Shown here: positions 1-7,869 of the stretch, piece after piece | Layout of the letters: every line of letters starts with the position of its first letter | How positions within the stretch are numbered: position 1 is the stretch's first letter | Source: Candidatus Sulfotelmatobacter sp. | GTDB taxonomy: Bacteria > Acidobacteriota > Terriglobia > Terriglobales > Acidobacteriaceae | DNA: 64,000 bases | Assembly (NCBI GenBank): GCA_049590215.1 | Contig: JBAWCJ010000468.1 | Coordinates: forward strand, 2,633 to 66,632 | Reading direction: 5' to 3' | The notes under the pieces: model-generated | Told to the model about the DNA's origin: nothing | The model's database searches: none | The model's input: only the letters and a program-made list of their open reading frames with translations | Made by a program: the position numbers and the translations under genes

Positions 1-57
1 TTTTTTTCGCCGGGATGCCTTCCGGAATCGACAACGGCAATGCGACAACGGGCGTGG

Positions 58-213
58 TCATGCCGTTTTCTCCTTAAGATTGGCTGCCTTCGCCGGGGCT
101 ACCAGGTTTTTCTCAGCCAGGGCCTTCAGCATCTTTTCGTTGCTCTGGCGGCGGCTGATCTTTTGCCGGCGCCGCCGGTTGAATCTGGCTTTATCGCCGT
201 TGATTCCGGACAT
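58..213 (-). CDS. small, very basic hypothetical protein (51 aa); below the ORF-track size cutoff
   Basis: ATG at 213..211 with GGGAGA 5 nt upstream. Reads MSGINGDKARFNRRRRQKISRRQSNEKMLKALAEKNLVAPAKAANLKEKTA, with TGA at 60..58. No family recognised. Confidence 0.3.
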   Translation of the reverse strand: MSGINGDKARFNRRRRQKISRRQSNEKMLKALAEKNLVAPAKAANLKEKTA

Positions 214-554
214 GCTTATCTCCCGCCCTTTGGGCTGATTAAATGCGTCTTATGCAGGTTCTCGTTACTGGCCGATCGTCGAACCGGCGACACCGCATCG
301 CCGTCTGTTTTAAGCCGATGTTTTGGGATTGAACAGCTACTTCCAGAGCTTCTCAGACTCGACCCGTCACTCGCCTTTCCGGGAATTTCTCAATCGCGAA
401 GGCGCAACGTGCCGGTCAGGGTGTCTTCGAGGTCAAGGTCTTCAGTATACGCTGCATTCGCAGATATTGCCCAGGTATTGCGGATCTCGAACGCACCGAA
501 GGTGGGACGCACGCCGCAGCTATTGTTCAGTGCAGTCCCCGTGCCGGATAAGAG

Positions 555-1259
555 TTATGGATCGGAAGGGCTCATACTGCTGGACCCATGACCCTTGCAC
601 AGGAGGATGCAAAGCACAATAACCCCGCCCCCCATACCACCGCCGATCTCGAGCCATTTTGTATTCAGACCGTTGCCGGCACCTTCGGGCCGAGGTGCGG
701 CGCCACAGGCAGCGGATACGACGCGAGTTGCCTGCTGTCCCTCGTGCACGACAGAAGAAATAGGTGAGGCGCCTTGTGCGTTTGTCTTCTGGAGGATGCC
801 ACCTTCCGTGATGTTCACGTCATTCTTGTGTGCGGCGACCTGCATCGTGCCGCTGACGTCGGCCACATCGTATTGCGTGCGCTCGCTCGAAACCGGCTCT
901 ACCTTGATGCAGCTCACATGCACGCTCATCGAAGTCGAGGTTCCCACCGACACGCTTCCATGCTCCAGGCTCAGGAAAGTGCCTTGGAACTTCACCACCG
1001 ATTCCGGCTGAATTACTACGGACGAGCCCTCGGCGTCGACGTTGGCGACAAACCCGGGTTTGGTCTCCAGCAGATCCCCGGGAAAAACTACAGTGGAGCC
1101 CGAGATCTCGAAACCGTTAACCCAAACCCCGCCCTCGCTGTGCAATACGGCGGAGCCGGTGTCTGCCGCCATGAGCGAAAGCGGGAACAGGATCACCATC
1201 ATGCAACCAACAAATTTGCGTAAAGCAGACACACTCATAGCTAAAGACAATTTCCACAC
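555..1259 (-). CDS. secreted/membrane-anchored hypothetical protein with a FecR-like beta-rich domain
   Basis: N-terminal signal-like segment (FVGCMMVILFPLSLMAADT), a beta-strand-rich body, and a Gly-rich hydrophobic C-terminal anchor (GGGMGGGVIVLCILLC). Confidence 0.6.
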   Translation of the reverse strand: MWKLSLAMSVSALRKFVGCMMVILFPLSLMAADTGSAVLHSEGGVWVNGFEISGSTVVFPGDLLETKPGFVANVDAEGSSVVIQPESVVKFQGTFLSLEHGSVSVGTSTSMSVHVSCIKVEPVSSERTQYDVADVSGTMQVAAHKNDVNITEGGILQKTNAQGASPISSVVHEGQQATRVVSAACGAAPRPEGAGNGLNTKWLEIGGGMGGGVIVLCILLCKGHGSSSMSPSDP

Positions 1260-1381
1260 ATCTCACAAGAATCGTAACGGCGCAGTGATTGATCGTCTAT
1301 TAGCTCTCTGGATGCCCGTCCCGCAAAGGCAGTGGCGGCGCACTGGCCCGCTTTAGCTGCGCCTGGCTTGGAAAGTCCGGT

Positions 1382-2182
1382 ATGCTTTGGCTTAGCAAAA
1401 ACATGGGACGAACTTCCGCCAACGATCCGGTAATCGAATTCCGCAATGTCGACTACGCGCTGCCGAGCGGCCAGCAGTTGCTCTCAGGACTGAATTTGCA
1501 AGTGCGACGGGGCGAGACCCTGGTATTGCTGGGGCGCAGTGGTTCCGGAAAAACTACCACGCTGAAGCTGATCAATCGCCTGCTGGCTCCGACTGGCGGA
1601 GAAGTGCGCGTAAATAACACCCCCACTAGCCAAAGCGACGTCATCCGTTTGCGCCGCGGCATCGGTTACGTCATCCAGGAAGTGGGCTTGTTCCCGCATT
1701 TCACCGTGGAACGAAACATTGGCCTCGTGCCGCGTATTGAAGGCTGGACCGCCGAACGGATCCATCTCCGCGTCGAGGAATTGATGCAGCTGGTCGGGCT
1801 CGACCCGCCAATGGCTTCGCGTTTTCCGCACCAGCTCTCCGGTGGGCAGAGACAGCGCGTGGGAGTCGCCCGGGCCTTGGCCGCTGATCCGGCAATTCTC
1901 TTGATGGATGAACCCTTTGGCGCGCTTGACGCCCTCACTCGCGACCAACTGCAGCGCGAATTTCTTTCCCTGCAGCGGCGGCTGAACAAGACAGTAGTCT
2001 TCGTCACCCACGATCTGCGCGAAGCTTTGCGGCTGGGGTCACGCATCGCGCTTATGGAAAGCGGCCGGCTGGTCGCGGTTCTTTCTCCGGAAGAATTTCT
2101 TCGATCGCGCGATCCCTTGGCCGCGGCCTACGTGAAGGCGTTCGCGGATGGACTGGATTCATCAAATCGAGGTGCTTCATGA
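1382..2182 (+). CDS. ABC transporter ATP-binding protein, glycine betaine/choline (OpuC/ProU-like) type
   Basis: Walker A GRSGSGKTT, ABC signature LSGGQRQRVGVARAL, Walker B LLMDEPFGALD. ATGA overlap with the next gene. The start could instead be the ATG at 1403. Confidence 0.9.
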   Translation: MLWLSKNMGRTSANDPVIEFRNVDYALPSGQQLLSGLNLQVRRGETLVLLGRSGSGKTTTLKLINRLLAPTGGEVRVNNTPTSQSDVIRLRRGIGYVIQEVGLFPHFTVERNIGLVPRIEGWTAERIHLRVEELMQLVGLDPPMASRFPHQLSGGQRQRVGVARALAADPAILLMDEPFGALDALTRDQLQREFLSLQRRLNKTVVFVTHDLREALRLGSRIALMESGRLVAVLSPEEFLRSRDPLAAAYVKAFADGLDSSNRGAS

Positions 2183-2811
2183 ACCTCTTTCACTTTTTTC
2201 TGCAAAACCGCGATCAGATCGTCGAACTCACGCTGGAGCATCTCTGGCTGGTCGGCATCTCCACGCTGCTCGCGGTAGTGGTGGGCATACCACTAGGCAT
2301 ACTGAGCGCACACTGGCCGGTGTGGAACCGGCCGGTGCTCGGAACGGCGAACATCATTCAGACGATTCCCAGCCTCGCTCTCTTTGGCTTCCTGCTGCCA
2401 GTGCCCTGGCTGGGCGATCGCGCCGATCGCCTGGCGATTCTGGCGCTGACTCTCTACGCCCTGCTACCCGTGATACGCAACACCTACACCGGCATCCGCG
2501 GTGTCGACCCTGCGGTGGTTGAGGCTGGCCGGGGCATGGGACTCACCAATAGCCAGCTCTTGTTCCAGGTCGAGCTGCCTTTGGCGTTGAGCGTGATTCT
2601 CTCCGGCGTAAGAGTCGCGGTCGTCATGTCAGTGGGACTGGCTACCATTGCGGCTGCGATCGGCGCCGGTGGCCTGGGCGAGTTCATCTTTCGCGGTCTC
2701 GCCATGGTGAATAATCAACTCATTCTCGCGGGAGCCATTCCCGCCGCGGTTCTGGCGCTGTCGGCGGATTTTGGTTTGGGATGGTTAGAGAAACGTTTGC
2801 GCGCTCAATGA
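2179..2811 (+). CDS. ABC transporter permease (BPD_transp_1, OpuCB-like)
   Basis: 210-aa polytopic membrane protein positioned between the ATPase and the binding protein. ATGA overlaps at both ends. Confidence 0.9.
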   Translation: MNLFHFFLQNRDQIVELTLEHLWLVGISTLLAVVVGIPLGILSAHWPVWNRPVLGTANIIQTIPSLALFGFLLPVPWLGDRADRLAILALTLYALLPVIRNTYTGIRGVDPAVVEAGRGMGLTNSQLLFQVELPLALSVILSGVRVAVVMSVGLATIAAAIGAGGLGEFIFRGLAMVNNQLILAGAIPAAVLALSADFGLGWLEKRLRAQ

Positions 2812-3737
2812 AACCCGATCGCCATCGACGGCTTTACGGTTTCCCGGAGCGGTGCGGAATTCCCCTCTGCTTGCTTCTCGCAGCTCTCTTGTTGTTGTCA
2901 TCGTGCGCGTCCTCGCACTCGGACCGCATCGTGATCGGTTCCAAGAACTTTACCGAATCGCTGATCCTGGGCGAGCTCCTCGCGCAACAAATCGAAGCGC
3001 ATACTCACCTGAAAGTCGAGCGCCGTTTCTATCTCGCAGGAACCTATATCTGCCAGCAGGCTCTGCTGGCCGGCCGCATCGATATGTATCCCGAATACAC
3101 CGGAACCGCTCTGACCGCGATCCTCAAGCACAAGGTGGGCGGCAATCGGGAGGAGGTTTACCGACAGGTCAAGGGTGAATATGAAGCGCGCCTCGGCCTT
3201 ACGCTGGGACCGCCGTTTGGCTTCAACAACACCTTTGCCATGGAGATTCGCGGGGCAGACGCGCGCCGCCTGTATCTAAAAACCTTGTCGCAGGCAGCCG
3301 CATTTGCTCCTCACATGCGCGCTGGATTCGGCTACGAATTCATGGAGCGCCCCGACGGATACGCCGGGCTGGCTGCGGCCTACGGCCTCCATTTCGCCGG
3401 CCCGCCCCGCATCATGGATCTAGGATTGCTCGCTCCGGCGTTGAAAGATCATCAGATTGACATCGCTGCCGGCAACGCCACCGACGGCCTCATTCCGGCT
3501 CTCGATTTGTTTGTGCTGGCAGATGACCGCCACTATTTTCCGCCCTACGAGGCAGTAGCGGTTATCCGCGAGCAAACCGAGCAGCAGCATCCAGAAGTTG
3601 CCCAGGCAATCGCCGAATTAGGCGGAAAAATTTCCGATCAGGAGATGCAGCGATTGAACTACGCTCTCGACGGTCAGCACCGCGACGTGAAAGACGTAGC
3701 GCACCAATTCCTGCACAGTAAGGGATTGATCCCTTAA
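2808..3737 (+). CDS. quaternary-amine (glycine betaine/OpuCC/OsmF-like) substrate-binding lipoprotein
   Basis: ATG at 2808 overlaps the permease stop (ATGA). Lipobox-like LLLLSSCAS. Motifs IVIGSKNFTESLILGELLAQ and DMYPEYTGTA are typical of OpuAC-fold betaine binders. Confidence 0.85.
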   Translation: MKPDRHRRLYGFPERCGIPLCLLLAALLLLSSCASSHSDRIVIGSKNFTESLILGELLAQQIEAHTHLKVERRFYLAGTYICQQALLAGRIDMYPEYTGTALTAILKHKVGGNREEVYRQVKGEYEARLGLTLGPPFGFNNTFAMEIRGADARRLYLKTLSQAAAFAPHMRAGFGYEFMERPDGYAGLAAAYGLHFAGPPRIMDLGLLAPALKDHQIDIAAGNATDGLIPALDLFVLADDRHYFPPYEAVAVIREQTEQQHPEVAQAIAELGGKISDQEMQRLNYALDGQHRDVKDVAHQFLHSKGLIP

Positions 3738-4065
3738 GCTTTAGTCAAACGCGCCTGTAGGGACGGCCGCCTCGTGAGCCTGCCCTGAGCGAAGCCGAAG
3801 GGTCCAGCCGGGCGGAGCGAGGGGTCTCCGAAGAATTGTTTTCAGTGTAACCCCCCGCAGCGAGTCGTCATCTAAGACTTGCGAGGGCCGCAGCGGCTGG
3901 GAGCGAAGCCGTCACCATGAAATCCCGCTAGGGGTGTTACCCTATGGCGCTCGGGGCGGCCGCGAGCATAAAATGCGACCCACTGATCCGCTTGCGCCAG
4001 TCGCGCATGAGTTCCTTGTTCCGCGTACCGTTGTTCTACGTACCAACAGATTCGGGAGGTCTGAA

Positions 4066-5427
4066 ATGCTTGCCACGCAGAGCGATTCCATCACCCGTCG
4101 CGATCTGATCGAGCAACTCGAAGACGCCCGACGCCGCTCCGACGACCTGTTCGCGGTGGTCAAGCCCGATTCTCTTTACGAACGCCCAATTGCCGAGCGT
4201 CACCGCATCGTCTTCTATATCGGCCATCTGGAGGCCTTCGATTGGAATCTGTTCCACGAACGTATTCTTGGACTGAAGAGCTTTCATCCCGAATTTGACC
4301 GGCTGTTCGCCTTCGGCATCGATCCGGTTGGCGGCGGACTTCCCACCGATCAGCCTGCCGATTGGCCTTCGATCGCAGCGGTACGGCAGTACGTCAGAAA
4401 AATCCGCGCCGTGCTCGACGACAAACTATCCGACGCGCTTCTCGATTCGAGCCTTCCCACAAGCGACGGATTTTCCCTCAGCACCCTGCTCAACGTAGCG
4501 GTAGAGCACCGCCTCATGCACGTGGAAACGCTCGCCTACATGCTGCATCAGTTGCCGCTTGATCGCAAAGTGCAGGAGAAAGTGCGGGAGAAAGAATCAC
4601 TAAGCGTTATCGCCCCGCCTGTGGATCATCGCATCATTGAGATTCCCGCTGGCGTCATCACCCTCGGTCTGGAACGCGTCAGTGAGTCGTTTGGTTGGGA
4701 CAACGAGTATGAAGCCCACACCGTCACCGTCCCGGCATTTGCCATCGATCAGTACAAAGTAACAAACCGGCAGTATTTAGACTTCATCAACGCCGGCGGC
4801 TATGAAACGCGTGCGTTCTGGAGCGATGACGAGAACAATGATGAAGACTGGAAGTGGAAGTCTCATCAGGGAATTTCGCATCCGGCTTTCTGGAAGTGGG
4901 ATGGCCAGCAGTGGCTGTATCGCACTATGTTTGACGATGTCCCTCTGCCGCTGGACTGGCCAGTCTACGTGAGCCAGGCGGAAGCGAAGGCGTGTGCCAA
5001 GTGGGCAGGGAAGTCGTTGCCCACCGAAGCCGAGTGGCAACGCGCCGCATACGCCACGCCGCAAGGCGAGGAACGAGCCTACCCGTGGGGGGACGACGAG
5101 CCCGCCGACAGCTTCGGCAACTTTGATTTCGCGCGCTGGAACCCCGTGCCCGTAAACGCGTTTCCTGAAGGCCACAGCGCGTACGGCGTTCAGGGAATGC
5201 TGGGCAACGGTTGGGAGTGGACTTCCACCCCGTTCGCTCCGTTCCCTGGATTCGAGCGGTTCCCGTTCTACCCTGGCTACTCTGCCGATTTCTTCGACGG
5301 CAAACACTTCGTCATGAAAGGCGGATCAGCGCGCACCGCTGCCTGCATGTTGCGCCGGACATTCCGCAACTGGTTCCAGGCGCACTACCAATTCGTTTAC
5401 ACCGGATTTCGTTGCGTAAGCCACTGA
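4066..5427 (+). CDS. egtB: ergothioneine biosynthesis sulfoxide synthase EgtB (DinB_2 + FGE-sulfatase domains)
   Basis: GGGAGG 6 nt upstream of the ATG at 4066. DinB-like IVFYIGHLEAFDWN. FGE-sulfatase motifs GNGWEWTSTPF and KGGSARTAACMLRRTFRNWF. Directly followed by egtD. Confidence 0.85.
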   Translation: MLATQSDSITRRDLIEQLEDARRRSDDLFAVVKPDSLYERPIAERHRIVFYIGHLEAFDWNLFHERILGLKSFHPEFDRLFAFGIDPVGGGLPTDQPADWPSIAAVRQYVRKIRAVLDDKLSDALLDSSLPTSDGFSLSTLLNVAVEHRLMHVETLAYMLHQLPLDRKVQEKVREKESLSVIAPPVDHRIIEIPAGVITLGLERVSESFGWDNEYEAHTVTVPAFAIDQYKVTNRQYLDFINAGGYETRAFWSDDENNDEDWKWKSHQGISHPAFWKWDGQQWLYRTMFDDVPLPLDWPVYVSQAEAKACAKWAGKSLPTEAEWQRAAYATPQGEERAYPWGDDEPADSFGNFDFARWNPVPVNAFPEGHSAYGVQGMLGNGWEWTSTPFAPFPGFERFPFYPGYSADFFDGKHFVMKGGSARTAACMLRRTFRNWFQAHYQFVYTGFRCVSH

Positions 5428-5486
5428 TCGTTAATAGAAGATCGTTAATAGACGATCGGCGATTCGTCATTTAAGGAGTTGCCAAC

Positions 5487-6455
5487 ATGCTGGTTCAAGC
5501 CATTACTCCAAACACAAGCTACGAATTCGCAGCCGATGTGCGCGCCGGCCTCACCAAGCCGGGTCAGAAGGAGTTGCTCTCGAAGTATTTGTATGACGAC
5601 GTAGGCTCCGCATTGTTTGAAGTGATCAGCAATCTGCCCGAGTACGGCCTTACGCGCGCCGATGAACGCCTGCTCCGGAGGCACGGCCATGACATCGTCG
5701 AGCGCCTGCCAACTCCGGTTTCCGTGGCTGAACTCGGCAGCGGCAGCGGACGAAAAACTCGCCACATTCTCGAAGCTCTTTGCCGCCGCCAGCGAACGGC
5801 CTACTATCCCATTGAAATTTCTCCATCCGCGCTGGCCATGTGCGAGCGCGAGCTGCGCGATATCGAGTCCATTAGCATCCTGGGTTTCGAGCGTGAGTAC
5901 CTCGATGGACTGCTGGAAGTGGCCGCGCACCGCACGCCCGGCCAGCATCTCCTGGTATTGTTCCTGGGAAGCACCATCGGGAATTTCGATCGCTCCGCCG
6001 GCATTGGATTTCTGACCGAAGTTCGCCGCATTCTTCAGCCGGGAGATTCACTTCTGCTCGGCACCGATCTAGAAAAATCCAGCGTTCAACTACTTCACGC
6101 CTACGACGACGAACTCGGAGTGACCGCCGCCTTCAATCTGAATCTGCTGGCTCGCATCAATCGCGAACTCGACGCCAACTTTGATCTTGCACAGTTCGAG
6201 CACATGGCCAAAATCAATCATCAGGATCGCAGCGTCGAGATGCATCTGCGCTCCATGTGCCGCCAGACCGTGAATGTTCCCGCAGCCGAACTCACCATCG
6301 ATCTTCGTGAAGGCGAAACCATCTGGACTGAAAGCAGCCACAAGTATTCTCCCCAGGAAATCTTTCCCATGGCCCGCAGCGCCGGTTTCCGCTGCGAAGC
6401 GCAATGGATTGACGACGAATGGCCATTCGCGGAGAACCTGCTGGTCGCAGAATAA
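5487..6455 (+). CDS. egtD: L-histidine N-alpha-methyltransferase EgtD
   Basis: AAGGAG upstream. YLYDDVGSALFEVISNLPEYGLTRADERLL and ELGSGSGRKTRHILEAL match EgtD-family hallmarks. Confidence 0.85.
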   Translation: MLVQAITPNTSYEFAADVRAGLTKPGQKELLSKYLYDDVGSALFEVISNLPEYGLTRADERLLRRHGHDIVERLPTPVSVAELGSGSGRKTRHILEALCRRQRTAYYPIEISPSALAMCERELRDIESISILGFEREYLDGLLEVAAHRTPGQHLLVLFLGSTIGNFDRSAGIGFLTEVRRILQPGDSLLLGTDLEKSSVQLLHAYDDELGVTAAFNLNLLARINRELDANFDLAQFEHMAKINHQDRSVEMHLRSMCRQTVNVPAAELTIDLREGETIWTESSHKYSPQEIFPMARSAGFRCEAQWIDDEWPFAENLLVAE

Positions 6456-6565
6456 TTGCTTCCCAAACCTGTACTGCATGCCTGTAACACGCGGTTCATC
6501 TTGAAGTAAAACTTTGTAAATCATGGGGTTTTGTGCGGCGCGCAATGTAAATTAGTAAGAGGCGT

Positions 6566-7795
6566 ATGCGCGCAAACACAATCCGGTTTCTGGTGATCGC
6601 ACTTTGTGCCGTCGCAAGTGCACTCAGCACTCGCCTATTGCCTTCCTGCCAGGCCATGTCGGCCAGCGTGCAAACCAGGCAGGCTGCCGCCCCGGGTACG
6701 GTGAGTCGGCCCGTCGGAGCCATCAAAGCTATAAACGGCACGCAGATTACGCTAACCCCCGACTCCGGTTCCGCCGTTAGCGTCACCGTGCAGTCCACAA
6801 CGCGCATCCTTCGCATCGCTCCGGGCGAGAAGGACCTTAAGAACGCCACATCTATCCAGTTGCAAGATCTCCAGATCGGCGATCGCATTTTGGTGGGAGG
6901 CAGGATCTCCGACGATGGCCTGTCGGTCGTGGCCTCCACAGTAGTCGTCATGAAACATTCCGACCTCGACGCTCGGCATCAGCAGGATCTTCAGGATTGG
7001 CAAAAGCGCGGAGTGGACGGGCTCGCCAAGGCTGTGGATCCGACGGCGGGAACCGTCACCATCTCTGTGCGCGGTAAAGATGTCGTCATTCACGCCTCCA
7101 GCAGCACCGTGATCCGCCGCTATGCTCCGGACTCCGTGAAATTCGATGACGCCAAGCCCGGCACACTGCAGCAAATTCATCCCGGCGATCAAGTGCGGGC
7201 GCGCGGTAATCGCAGCGCCGATGGCGGCGAACTCGCAGCTGACGAAATTGTTTCCGGATCCTTCCCCGGGATTGCCGGCACGGTCGACTCCGCCGATGCA
7301 AGTTCGTCGACCCTCAGCGTTCACGATCTATTGTCGAAGAAAACAGTGGTTGTAAAGATCACGCCAGACTCCCAGCTTCGCCATCTGTCTCCGGAGATGG
7401 CGCAAATGATTGCCGCGCGTCTAAAGGGAGGGGCCGCCGGAATGCCAGCCGGCGCCGCATCCGGTTCTGGTTCTGCGACGAACGGTCAAGCTGCGCATCC
7501 CAGCTCTGCGCCAGGTGTGATGGCTGCAGGCGGAGCGGGCGCCAGCGGACGGCCAGGGGGCCCACCGGATACTCAGCGCTTGCTCAGTCACGCGCCAGCG
7601 ACCACCCTCGCCGATCTGCACAAGGGCGATGCTGTAATCATTCTCTCGACCGAGGGTACCGGGGGCGTGGGCACGGTGATCACCCTGGTGAGTGGCGTGG
7701 AACCGATTCTTCAGGCTGCTCCCGGCGCCAGCAGTGCGGCGATGCTTACGCCCTGGAACATGAGCGCGCCCTCGGGCGACGCCGGCGGCCCATAG
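6566..7795 (+). CDS. secreted hypothetical protein with repeated DUF5666-like beta domains and a low-complexity Ala/Gly/Ser tail
   Basis: Signal peptide MRANTIRFLVIALCAVASALS. Internally repetitive G-x-I/V-x-x-I/V modules. Confidence 0.6.
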   Translation: MRANTIRFLVIALCAVASALSTRLLPSCQAMSASVQTRQAAAPGTVSRPVGAIKAINGTQITLTPDSGSAVSVTVQSTTRILRIAPGEKDLKNATSIQLQDLQIGDRILVGGRISDDGLSVVASTVVVMKHSDLDARHQQDLQDWQKRGVDGLAKAVDPTAGTVTISVRGKDVVIHASSSTVIRRYAPDSVKFDDAKPGTLQQIHPGDQVRARGNRSADGGELAADEIVSGSFPGIAGTVDSADASSSTLSVHDLLSKKTVVVKITPDSQLRHLSPEMAQMIAARLKGGAAGMPAGAASGSGSATNGQAAHPSSAPGVMAAGGAGASGRPGGPPDTQRLLSHAPATTLADLHKGDAVIILSTEGTGGVGTVITLVSGVEPILQAAPGASSAAMLTPWNMSAPSGDAGGP

Positions 7796-7869
7796 CGTTA
7801 GCCTCCGCCGCGGCCCATCGCTGCATCAAAGATTCATATCGAAGACTCTTAGTGGAATGGAATGATGGC

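Noticed and set aside
8-30. Hairpin CCGG-N8-CCGG next to a T7 run at the window edge.
   Set aside because: The stem is only 4 bp, and the T/A run is on the wrong side of the hairpin for either transcript direction, so it is not a canonical intrinsic terminator.
40-622. ORFs 40..591 and 323..622 at the window start.
   Set aside because: They have no motifs and odd composition, and they overlap the better-supported small minus-strand ORF and the 3' end of gene 555..1259. The 230..555 stretch is more likely non-coding.
1370-1380. GGAAAGTCCGG, resembling the RNase P RNA conserved P4 string.
   Set aside because: This is an isolated 11-mer directly abutting the ABC ATPase start codon. None of the other RNase P conserved regions or helices are nearby.
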